Source: Sphyrna mokarran (lineage: Eukaryota). From it: a DNA stretch of 64,000 bases. Where the stretch lies: the NCBI GenBank assembly GCA_024679065.1, contig JAGIQG010000012.1:47244001-47308000 (forward strand). Reading direction: 5' to 3'. The position numbers were made by a program, and so were the translations under genes. The notes under the pieces are model-generated. The model ran no database searches and had not been told where the DNA came from. It saw only the letters and a list, made by a program, of their open reading frames with translations. This document shows positions 26,030 through 37,375 of this stretch, piece after piece; the stretch's first letter is position 1; every line of letters begins with the position of its first letter.

Positions 26030-26228
26030 TGAAATTTCTTTCAGATGCATGGTGGGGGTCGGGTCATTGAATATTTTTAAAGCTGAGTTAGTTAGATTTT
26101 TGACTGATAAGGGAGTCAAAAGATATAGAGGGTAGACAGAAGAGTGGAGGCCACAGCTAAATCAGCCATGATATTATCAAATGGCTAGCCGGCTTGCAAA
26201 GCCAAATAACTACTCCTGCTCCTAATTC
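26030..26228 (+). mobile_element. CR1 LINE 3' UTR fragment
   Basis: gggtcattgaatatttttaaagctgagttagttagattttt...atcagccatgat...tactcctgctcctaattc. Confidence 0.75.
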
Positions 26229-27474
26229 AATAAAAATAATTCTTCTCATCTCAACTTTGCATAAAACAAAGTCTAGAAATTAAATCACTCTTGAATTGTG
26301 GCAAAATCCAATCCAACCTAATGAATTTGTTGACACCAAGTTCTGTGACCTCATTAGAATATAATTGCAGAAGTCATTTGCAGTCCATGACACTGCTCAC
26401 CTACTATCAGGATTGCAAGCTTGACCAATCTAATGTGAGCCTGGGTCCTCGAGAGTCTTTTAATGGAATGGGTAGTGATTGGTTGCTGGCAACTTGATAA
26501 AATGAAGCCATGTTACCCAAAGTGTCCACATTAATTTTTTGAAAGCACCGTACAATTAATTGCACTTCCTTGCTTTGGAATAGATGAGCAATACCTTGGA
26601 AGTCCCAATTCAGAAACCTATCCTTCTTTGACACCCATTCTATGCTTTCCCAATCTCTAAATTTCCTTGCTCACACCTTTGTCCCCAAGATTTTCACCCC
26701 CTCTACAATCACTGAGTGCTTCACCCTGTCTCTAACTCCTTCCATGCTCACTGGGTCAAGCCACTCCAAGATCCAACTCACCTAGTCCAATGATCTCCAA
26801 CTCCCCAATCCTGCTCATCTCTGCCTCAGCCCAACTCCCCCATTGCCCCCTTCTCTAACTTACTCCAACTGAAGATTGGAAATAGCGGCCTTTACCTGAC
26901 CCCACAATCACATATCCACTATCGCAGGACTTGGTCTGTGTGTTTGTGTGTGTGTGTGTATATATGTGACAGTTCTTGAACACTTTGATAATTCCTTGGC
27001 AATTAGTTCTGTGAAAACTTGATAGTTACCATGAGTTTGCTCATTAAAAAGTACACAATCACCTTTGATTTTCACAATTCCGAAGAGTGCTTACTTCTCC
27101 CTGAGGAGTCCCTGGACTCTATCCGAAGGTTTGTCTTACTACTCTTAAAAAGGTACTTTGACAATTCAAATGCTCTACCGTGTTCAGAACTCGTCTTACC
27201 TATTTTACACTCCTGGCTTTCTGCAGTCTCTTTTCTGTGAAGGCTGCTGGTAATTTAACTGGCTAGTTTCCTCCATGAATCATGCATGCACACACCCTGA
27301 CCTGACTCCAATCCCTGTCTCCACGAAGATGCAAAACACTTAGTTTGGGGAAGGGTTTAGAATTTTGTGGCATTTAAGGCTTTTTGCCATGACGGAGAGC
27401 CTTTCTGCTATGGTGGAAATCTGAACCTTTGAATGGTGGATGACATTTTTGCTAATTATTTGGTATTAAATAGG

Positions 27475-28850
27475 ATAAGTAATGACTTATGACTAGTCTG
27501 TACAGTGAGATTGACTCCCAGGATGTAATCCAAAGCTTTTCACAAACCCATGTGACTGCCAGGGCCTCCTTTTTGGTGGCAGCATTCTGCTGCTCTGTTT
27601 CTCTTAGTACCTCAGAGGCGTACTGCACCAGCTACCAGAGCTGTCTCAGTGAATTTGAAGCAATCCAGTCACTCAACCAATGGACAATACATGGGTGGGT
27701 AGGTCTGGGTCACAATGAGCCAATGTTTCCAAGGATGTATCCTTCATTGTGTCAATTGATTTGTGTTTATCATAATAGTGGGTCTACCCCTATTTTAGGA
27801 GTATGGGTTCATTAATGTCTGCAAAATTGGGAAGTAACTTACCCAGTGATTAAGTATGCCTAGAGAACGCTGAAACTCTGTCACATTAAGGAACTGTGAC
27901 AAACACTTGGTGGCTGCAATTTTCTGTGGATTTGACTGGACAACAACTGTGTGAATAATATGGCCTAAGAAATTGATAGTGAGTTTAAAGAACTCATATT
28001 AATGATAGCTTATAAACATTGTAATATTCTTCATTGTAATGATGCTTGTAAGCATTGTAATATATTGTAACACCCTGGCATTGTGCTCCAGAGTGGTGGA
28101 TAAATGAACCACTTCATATGCCATATTATTCACATGGCAGATGTCTCCATCTAGTCCTTCCAAAATGCCAGAAAATTGACTCAAGGTACATTGATTGACA
28201 GTAGGTAATTTTTAATTGTCGGTAATTAAATGAGTACCAGTCAAAGGCTGTGCTAATTGTCATTAGCAATTTGGACTCATTGTCTAATGGGAACTTCCAA
28301 AAACCACTATTAGCATCTGGTTTATTAAAAGCTGAGGCCCTTGTGAACCTCTGTAAGCTTTTATCAAGAGATGCCATGGGGAAATTTCTCTAATATGGCA
28401 TTGTTCAAACATGTGTTGTTTACATAACTAGGAAGTGAGGTGTTAGACATCCCATAGGTACCATCAGTGAGCATTTGTAAGTTGCTTGTGTTGCCAGCAA
28501 TTTCACTTTCTGATATACCATGAAGACATTTTCTTGTCTCATGTTTTTTTAAAGAATTCAGCTTTAAAGAACTGTGGTAAATTGTTTCGAGCTTCCCCAA
28601 AAATGTGCAGGACTTTGGTAATTCACTCTTGAATTTATCTGGTTCACCTGGTAGTTCAGCTCTTCTATTTTGTAAATAAGTTGTAAATGTGAAAAAAAAG
28701 CTTGGCAGTCCAGTAATGAGCACTCCTGATTCTGATTATCGTAGAGAATTTCTATAATTTATTTTGCATTATAATAAAGCGTGGCAGTGATCTGCTCTTG
28801 TGCCTTCAGAGGAATGTCATGTTGGTGGTGAAGGTGAGTGAATGATGATT
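27475..28850 (-). mobile_element. Second Gypsy pol relic (RT and RNase H)
   Basis: FNKPDANSGFWKFPLDNESKLLMTI, ILEGLDGDICHV (RT) and VQYASEVLRETEQ...KKEALAVTWVCEK..DYILG (RNase H). Confidence 0.85.
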
Positions 28851-29752
28851 GAAGAAATTCAGGCTTCAGCCATTATACAATCGCAGAAAGAATAGTCACT
28901 TCCTATCAACTTTTTCCAGTCCACTCATGACTTTGAATATCTCTATCAAATCTTCTCTTTGCCTTCTTCTCTCCAAAGAGAATAGTCCTGACCTCACCAA
29001 TCTATCCTCATAACTGAAGTGTTGATGGTGGTAATTGCTCTCTCTTTGTTCTGGGTCTGCTTTATATGGGTGCATTGGTACCTCTATTGCTCACAAACTG
29101 GACAGGGCCAATAGTTTGATTAGATAAAGGCTCTTTGGCACTCCATTTAAAAATTGGTTCTCCTTCTGTACCTGAGCATGTCTTGCAAATTGTATCACCT
29201 TGTATAATGCTAACTCTTTTCTGGGCTGTAGAAAAGCTGGCAAGACATCAGCAAGTATACTCACCATTATGTGGTCTCAGATGAGTTCATCCTTTTGAAG
29301 CCCTGTTCATTCAATTGTCAACCAAATGATGTCAGTCATCAATGAAACAAATCAGTACTTTTTCTGGATTAATGATTATTACCTGTTAGACCTTGGCAAC
29401 TCGATAATGATGCTACTCTGAAACTTGAAAAAAGAATGTGAGGCCTTAATAACATCTTAATAGATTGCTGTGCCCTCATTAACATCCTGTCATACTAAAA
29501 TATCATCTGTATTTCCACCAATGGAATAGAGAAATGTGCTAACCTTTTTTTAATCAGTTTTCAATGCTGAACCTGAAGCTGACTTTTACCTGTAGAATCA
29601 ATGATGCCAGTTTTTCTAGTGTGCTGCTTCGTCAGAGCTTTCCATGTAGTCAGAGAAGATATGATGTAGAGATGCCGGTGTTGGACTGGGGTAAACACAG
29701 TAAGAGGTCTGACAACACCAATTTTAAATTCAACCGATTTATTTGATAGTAA

Positions 29753-29793
29753 ACTTGCAAGCTTTCGGCTTTTGTAGCCTCCTTCAGGCGAAT
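29753..29793 (-). ncRNA. Minimal type-I hammerhead ribozyme motif (variant core)
   Basis: AUUCGC-CUGAAGG-A-GGCU ACAAA AGCC-GAAA-GC-UU-GCAAGU; one core substitution (A9 to G, or a register shift). Confidence 0.55.
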
Positions 29794-29899
29794 GACGTGT
29801 TCTGGTCTGCAATAGCACACGTATCAGCATAGACAGTTTACAGATTGTACAGTAAACTGTCTGTGCTGATATGTGTGCTATTGAAGACCAGAACACCAC

Positions 29900-29940
29900 C
29901 TTTGCCTGAAGAACGCTACAAAAGCCGAGAGCTTGCAAGT
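29900..29940 (+). ncRNA. Minimal type-I hammerhead ribozyme motif (mutated)
   Basis: CUUUGC-CUGAAGA-A-CGCU ACAAA AGCC-GAGA-GC-UU-GCAAGU; GAAA to GAGA and a stem II mismatch, likely inactive. Confidence 0.5.
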
Positions 29941-31669
29941 TTACTATCAAATAAATCGGTTGAATTTAAAATTGATGTTGTCAGACCTCTTACTGTGTCA
30001 GAGAAGTTAAGCAGACATAGGACTTCATGATAATTTGTAACTTCAGTTGATTGTCTTGGGACCCCGTTGGTGCATGTCCTATTCATTCCTTTTTGCAGTC
30101 AATTCCTCACTGCTTTATTTTCAATGGCTTGTTCCTTTTGTTCTGTATGTTTTCTGCTTCACTATGAGGTGTTACCCAGGGTGAATTTAACAGCATGCAT
30201 TGGAAACAAGGCCTTCAGGAACTTTCTAACATTTATTAACTACACATAGGGAGAGATGAACATGAAGTTTCTTCCAGAAACATCTCTCTTTGAGTTCTCG
30301 TGTCACATGATCTGACATCACCAATGCTCCATGTTAGCTATTACCATAGTAGCTAATAACACTTTCTATTACAGCTAGAGCTGCATTGACGATGCAGGAA
30401 CTGTTATTACCTGGGTAAGCTCAGACATTTCATCACTCCTTTGAAGGGCTGCTGAAATGTATGATGTGAGCTCCTTCTTGGGTTCTTTACCTGCCACTTT
30501 GTCAATGCTGGCCATCACTGATGATTGATCAGTGTTCAACATGAATGCAATTTGTGGTGGGTTCCAATAAGGATAATGGCCACCATTGCAGCTCTTTCTG
30601 AACTATCATTTTTCTGTCAAATCCAGCAATGAAGACACTCCAAAAAAAAACTGCAGCTTCCACTTTTGCAGAAGACTTTTCAGTTTCATGGATTATGGGG
30701 TGACTCCAGATTCAGACTTTCTCCATGGTCCAGCATGAACTAAGGTTCCCAACATTTGGCCTTAGATAATTTAGTTTTCTATCTTCTTAAGGTTATTTGT
30801 GTTGTGTTCAAAGATTAGAAGTTAATAAGCTATGGAGGCAACAGTTAGCAGAAGTCTTATGACTTATTTTTCTGTTTTCCCCAGTCAAAACACTTTAGGA
30901 AACCATAACAGTGATAAGACAATCATAGACCACTATAGATTGTATAAAATATGGTTCCATTTTCTTTCACTGTGCTCCGGTGATACTACCTACATACACA
31001 CGGAATAATAAACAGTACAGAAACAGAACAGTTGTCTTAGCTGATAAATATTAGTGTTTATATTTTACATAAAATCTTCTTCCCATCCTAATTATCTCTT
31101 TCTGTTCTGGCTGTGGAGCAAAGATTTCTGGATGGGTGGGATGGTGTGGGAAGAAGAATGCCATTGTTAATTTAAAAAAAAGAGTGACACAATGAATTGA
31201 CAAGGGAAAGAAAATCAGGATTGGTCTGAAATAGGAAGGCCCAAGGACAATAAAATACCTGTGAAAGGTTGGGAAGTTTATTGGAATATAGACTCTCTAT
31301 GACTTTGGATCTGGAACAAGTGGGCTGCCTTTACATGTTGAGGGGTGGACAGAGGGTAAATCATTGTGAATGAATAAGTATTAGTTTACATAGTCACTGT
31401 GCCAAATGTATTTTGTCTTAATAAAGTTAATGTGCAGTTATATATCTTTCTAAACTTGATGAACATTGTGAAAGTTAATGTTTTATACAACAATGGTTTT
31501 TGCATTAAGAATGATAAATAACTTGCACCTCTCTCAAAAATATTACACAACATATTCTTCGTATGATTATTGTATATGTATTTTCTTATTCAGCAATTAA
31601 GTTTGATGTAAAAAGCAGTAGTCAATTCTGTGTCACGACTGGTGGAGGAATGCAATGATAATGACATAG

Positions 31670-32085
31670 AAATCAGTTGGGTTCAGTGGTGGGTGGATGA
31701 TCTATTACTAAGTAGGTGTTGAGAACAGAAGTATGGTCCTGCTTGTTGGACTGTGGTTTCATCTCATTGTGCAGGGCCATCTCATTCAAGTGGCTATTAC
31801 TATTCACATCTGAGATTATGTGGTGAATGTTAGCAGGCTTTTCAACTGTGAACTTTTTATGACCACCAAAATCCTATTCTCTCCAAATGATCACACACAC
31901 ATAGAGCATAGGCTCTTGGTTAGCAATCAGGACAGAGATGCTGAAATAATTTTCCTCTCCTATTCCAGTAATATTGAGCAAATTACATTGCCTTGATCAT
32001 AATCTTGACCACAATCAGCACAGATTGAGGAGTGATCTTGCAAAACGTCACTCTGCTATTCACTGGATTAACCAATTGAGCCAGT
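31670..32085 (-). mobile_element. Probable ancient SINE-like repeat
   Basis: Ends in a tRNA-like head (ttaaccaattgagccag on +); family not identified. Confidence 0.3.
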
Positions 32086-34333
32086 GGAAAGTCCTGATTA
32101 TATATTTTTATGGACATTTTTTATGTTGTGCTCCAATAATCTTGTAATTCCTCCTTAACTGTTCTTTCTGTCAGTGATGAAGATAAGCAGTTAATCGTGT
32201 TAAAAATTAAAATGCAGTGTGGTTTTCACTCATGCATTATGTTAATTTTGCTGACAAACAGCTGAGTAGTATTACAGTGCAAGTCATTGGACTTCTATGT
32301 TACCATTAGGAGGAGAAATGCTAGCATTAACCAATGGAAAATTCAACCAAATATTGGATGATCATGGTTCTTAGCATTAAAAGTAAATCTCTACGTACCG
32401 CTGTCAGATGGCCAGACACTTCAGCTGTTTTGTGCTGACTTAACGTTAATTAGACAAGCTATAAAGATGCAAAAATGTTTGTCAAGGCAAACAAAGTAAA
32501 ATTTTGTGCATAAAGCATTGAATTTGTTGGAATTTTTCCACAATTGTTTACTTGCTTCCAGAAATTTGTGTTTGTAGAATGAGCCAAAGTTATTAGTGAT
32601 CACATTGTTATTTACTGATAAGAACAAAGAACATTTAGAGTGAATTTAGAATGAATTGGTAGACTGGAAGGGCCCCAAATCCATTTTTTTTTTGTCTGTC
32701 TATGATCCAAGTCTTTAAAATACTAACAAACATGGATTATGAAGATGTAAATAGGTTATTCCACTTAAATTGATTGAAGAACAAGAAGTGGGAACAACAA
32801 TAAGAAGCCTTGAGCAAGGCTAAAAATTCAAATTGTTCTTTCCTTGCACTCAGAGCAGCAGATATTCAGAATAGTCCCTATTCAAGAATGATTAATGTGG
32901 TGCTAATGGACTCCTTGAAGAAAATAACTGGATGAATATTTGAGAGAATGTGGAGCCAATGGCTATGGGAATAAAATGATCAAATATTCTCTGGAATATT
33001 TGTATTTAATTATATTTGGAACATGGAAAATTAATCTGTGGAATGTACCCAGTTACCGTAGACTAATATAAATTTTGAGGACAGGATAACATTATAGTGT
33101 TTTGCTAGGTGACTTTTGTAAGATTGCCTTACTTTTTTCTTGCAGTTATGAAATTTTCTCAGGAAACACACAATTTGATTAGAGTCCAAAATGGAGTAAA
33201 CTATCTATGGATTTTAGAGAAAAAAAGATTGTTGTATTGAACAGCTATATCGTTTCATAATTCCTTCCATTTGTGTATCATTTAGTTCCCATCTCTTACT
33301 TATGATCTTCAGCAATGCTGCAAAACATGTATCAGTGGTTATGTGGTATGGATGTGATTATCAAGTAAACTATCAGTCCTTGTGATAAATAAAGCTTTGG
33401 TAATCAAAACTCAAGAAGAAAGTGCCTAGCTATTTGCAATGTAACTAGAAAACAACCAAACAGCAAAGTTAATATATAAACAAAAGGTGTCACCTAGCAA
33501 TTGCTTTTGTTTGCCTGTATGCCATTAAGTTTTCATGCTTTAACCTGTAAACATTCAAGCTGCAATGTTATTATTTAGTGATGTAATTCAGAGTTGCTGG
33601 GTGTCAAACCAAGAGACATGGCATCAGAATTAGGCAGTTAAAAGATGTTAACTTTTACGTAAGAAACCTTACATAAATTGCAATTTCTGTCCATAAGATG
33701 TGACAGTGAAAGCAAACTTGGATTTTTTTCTTCAGAAAAGATATCCAGAATTCATAAATCTTTTTTTTTCATTGGCTGCTCAGGATTGTACTTGGAATTG
33801 TTAGCTGCTTTGTTACTGACTGCACATTTTGTATTTGTTGAATAGTGCAAAATCTTGTAGCAATGTGTATTCTTGTGGGTATATGCATCTCTATTTGCTG
33901 GGAAAGGCAGTCAGGAATCACAAGAGACACACCAAGCAGTCAAAACTGCACCTTGATTTGTGAGAATTCTTATAGTGATACTTGTGTATATATGGCTTAT
34001 TGGACAATCTTCAGAATTTTTCCAGCACAGACTTTGACAATTCCAAATAGTTAGGCACACTTGTGCAGTTAGAGTAGGAGACAAATTCAGAAACAATGCT
34101 AAAACTACCAGCAGCTATCATGGTCACAACTGCTTTGAATATTTAGTCTATGTCTTTCAAGCAAGTTGAAAGATTTCATCACTCAAAATTTAGTTCGCAT
34201 TTATTTGAAACAGAGCACTGATGCTTTATTTGCCAGGATTTGTTGGAAATCCAGAGGCAGAATTGCTGCATTCATGTTACCATTCAAGGTCATAGCCCAA
34301 GTGCTCCATGTATCAAAAGAAAAGGCTCTTGTT

Positions 34334-34443
34334 CAGAACACTGCATTTGCCTGAAGAAGACACAGGAGTCGAAAGCTCGCTTTTTTACTATCAAATAAAT
34401 CGGTTGGATTATAAATTGGTGTTGCTAAATTCTTACTGAGTTC
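34334..34443 (+). mobile_element. Solo Penelope pLTR arm with hammerhead motif (34345-34380)
   Basis: AUUUGC-CUGAAGA-A-GAC ACAGGA GUC-GAAA-GC-UC-GC followed by ttactatcaaataaatcggttggatt..aaattggtgttgctaaattcttactgagtt, near-identical to the 57385/58000 arms. Confidence 0.75.
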
Positions 34444-34771
34444 CTGTCAAAGTGCATCAGAATTATGACCATGGAAGTGTAATTATGCATGCAACTTCAC
34501 TATTCATAGGCAATTCTAACAATTTGATGACTCAGATAATCATTGGTGCCAAGAAAACTCCAAGAAAATTTAAGTTTGAGGAACCAGGAATATGTCTTGC
34601 ACCAAAACAAAACAGAAAATGCTGGAAATAATCAGTAATTCTGGCAGCAGCTATGGATATCATTCCTTGCATTGTCTGCTTTTATTTCGGGTTTTAGTAT
34701 CCATAGTACTTATTCTTGGTCCTGCAGCCAACAAACGTAACACCCTGTCAATACGTGAAGACATAGACGAG

Positions 34772-34942
34772 ACATAGAATCCTACAGTGCAGAAGGAGGC
34801 CATTTGGGCCATCGAATCTGCACCAATCACAATCTTACCCAAGCTCTATCCCCATAACTCCATGCATTTTATCCCAGCTAGTCCCCCTGACGCGAAGGGG
34901 AAATTTAGCATGACCAATCAATCTAACCTGCACAACTTTGGA
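34772..34942 (-). mobile_element. HE1-like V-SINE, 5'-truncated
   Basis: catagaatcctacagtgcagaaggaggccatt...aatttagcatgaccaatcaatctaacctgcaca; homologous to the 45952 copy. Confidence 0.8.
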
Positions 34943-36059
34943 CAAGAATCAAAACAGAATAAGAATCAAGGAGTAATTTCTTGGATTACTCAGAAGAATT
35001 CCACAGTATAGCTTCACCAAGGCTAGTATGATTATTATTACCCACTGTGATTACCACAGCTTTGCCTTTCAAAGGGCCTATTGATGGTGTAATTGGTAGA
35101 TGATATACAGCAATAAAACAGAGGAAGGTAGAGCTGAGCATGAAGAAGCAAAATTGCCAATTGAACATAATATCTAACTGCTCAAAACATTCATCAAAAG
35201 CTATTTTCTGTTATTGCATAACATATGCCACATCAAACTTTCTTTCCTCTTGACTCAGCTGTAGATTTTGGAATGTAACCCCAACTTCCTGCAACAACCT
35301 TATCAGTCTTGTACAGAAGGAACTATCAGGTGTATTATAGTATTAATTGGTCTGACTTATATTGACAATTACATATATAGTGCAAGTATGTTCACTGATA
35401 CTCTTCTTCAAATCACCTTATTCAAAGAGTTTCTTCGAATTTGTGACCTGGTGTTCCTTCCCCAATATCAAAAACAAGTGAGGTGCTGAGTATTCAGCTT
35501 TAGGGATGGAAATGACCTTGTTCAATTTCCTTCAAACTTCAAGGGGAAGCTTCATGGCCTCTAATGAAATGACTATTTGACTTGCTGAATGCTAAAATTA
35601 TTTGATTGAGGAGAGGAACGGTACAATGTGACATTACCCTCAGAGACTTCTCCATCGTCAATGACAAGGTTTCCAAATTCCGAACTGCAGAATTCTGAGT
35701 GATCTCCCCAAAACATCGAGGAACTTCAAACATTGTCATAATGTCAAAGCCCCTTCTTTTGCCAAAAAATAAGTATGAACACAGAAACCAATTGTACACC
35801 GTATTTCTATGCTTATACTTATCTTTGGAATTATGGAAAGGCACAACCACAAATATATTTGCCAACAACATGGTCCCCTCACATTAATTCCTGGCCAAGC
35901 CACCCTCCCATGGTCCATTAACATTAACCCCTCGAATTAGTTTTCCCTTTAGGTAATCTGGTAATAATTAAAATGTTCTCTTTTTAATAAGTACTTAAGA
36001 CTTACCTTTTCATCATTTTTAGTGGGAGGAGCAATCTGGAAAGTTGATTTTCATATTGC

Positions 36060-36200
36060 ACATCTCTCTCCCTCACGCATTCACACTTCTCAAACTCTCA
36101 CCTCACACACACCTCTCACATACATTCACTCTCTCTCACACACACCATTCTTGATCTCACAAACACTCACCCCTTTCACATACACACACTCACCTCTGAA
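36060..36200. repeat. CA/CT low-complexity tract
   Basis: Runs of ctctcac / cacacac. Confidence 0.7.
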
Positions 36201-36224
36201 AAACTTACCCTGAGGCCCACACAA

Positions 36225-36875
36225 TCTGAGGACCACTCCAAGGATCACCCAACTACTTTGAGGATTACCCATATGCTTTCTCCAAGAATCACTCATCCCT
36301 TCCGAAGACCATCTGCTCACTCTAAGGACCATTTGCTCACTCCAAGATCTATCTGGCCTCTCTAAGGACCATCCATTCACTCCAAGGACCACCCACTCAC
36401 TCTGAGGACTAACTGCTCATTCTAAAGATTGTTCGCCCACTCTGAAGACCATCTGCTCACTTGCTTCAAAGATCCCTACCAAGTTAGAGGATCGCCTATT
36501 TGCTCCAAGCACTACCCTCTTGTATGCTCCAAGGATTGTTTGCTCACACTGGGGACTATCCACCCACACCATGGATCTACTCACTCCAAAGACTGCCTGT
36601 GTGCGTGAGTCTGGCTTGCTCACTCCAAGGACGGCCCATCCATTCTGAAGACCACATGCTCACTTGTACCAAGAACTGTCCATTTGCTCATTCGCTTTGA
36701 GGCTGGCCTCCTCGCTCTGAAGATTGCCCGATCATTCCAAAGATCACCAACTCACTGCGAGGCTAGCCCTCTTACAGTAAAGCCTGTTCACTCATTTCAA
36801 GGACTGCCTGCTCATCGTGGGACCAGTCCATTCGCTCCATGACTATCCGCTCATTGCTAAGATCACCCATTCATT
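36225..36875. repeat. Degenerate 20-bp minisatellite (roughly 30 units, consensus about CTCCRAGGACCACCCRCTCA)
   Basis: Consecutive 20-mers ctctaaggaccatttgctca / ctccaagatctatctggcct / ctctaaggaccatccattca / ctccaaggaccacccactca / ctctgaggactaactgctca. Confidence 0.85.
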
Positions 36876-36879
36876 TGGA

Positions 36880-37375
36880 GAAGCATATTTATATTGTGTT
36901 TACCAGCACCTCAGGACACCTCAAACTGCTTTACAAAAAATTAAGTTCTTTTTAATTGTAGTCATTGTGGGGATGTAGGGATCACAGTATCAATTTGCAT
37001 ACAATCAACTCCCATAAGCAGCAATTAGATAATGACCAAATAATAGAGTTTTGTTTGAAAAATAAATTTTAGCCAGGACGCTGAGAGTATCTCCATTGCT
37101 GTTCAAAATAATGCGATGTGCTCTTTTACACACATCCAGTCAGGATGATTGGGCATCAGTTTCACATCATCTGAAAGACAGCGAGTGGGATTTTTCAGTC
37201 TCACTTGCCCTAAAACCGGAAAATCCTGCCTCGGTCAACAGACCTTTCCATGGCCCACCCCTCGCCAGTTCCAATTCCTGTGCTGGGCAAGACAAGTAAA
37301 ACACACTCCAGTGCCTTTACAATGCAGCGTCCTCACTATTGCAGTGTCGACCTTGATTTTTATGCTCAAAACCTT
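36880..37375 (-). mobile_element. Deu-domain SINE (SacSINE/AmnSINE-like) with a MITE inserted
   Basis: actcccataagcagcaat..gataatgacca...ccaggac.ctgag...tcttttaca..catc...catctgaaagacagc; resumes after 37308. Confidence 0.7.
37183..37308 (+). mobile_element. ~125-bp Harbinger-type MITE
   Basis: TIRs gagtgggatttt / aaaacacactc; core aaaaccggaaaatcctgcctcggtcaacagacctttcc. Confidence 0.7.

Larger units (their letters stand above)
29659..29998. mobile_element. Non-autonomous Penelope-derived fold-back element (~300-bp hairpin), 10-bp TSD GTCAGAGAAG
   Basis: Arms ~29696-29841 and ~29852-29998 are reverse complements around a ~10-nt loop; TSD at 29649-29658 and 29997-30006; homologous to the pLTR next to the GIY-YIG at 57.4-58.1 kb. 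Confidence 0.85.

Noticed and set aside
35539-35871. 110-aa minus-strand ORF with a few CpGs as a coding exon
   Set aside because: No recognisable domain in any frame and no convincing acceptor/donor pair.
36225-36875. CRISPR-like array
   Set aside because: Units are contiguous degenerate 20-mers without unique spacers; no cas genes; vertebrate context.
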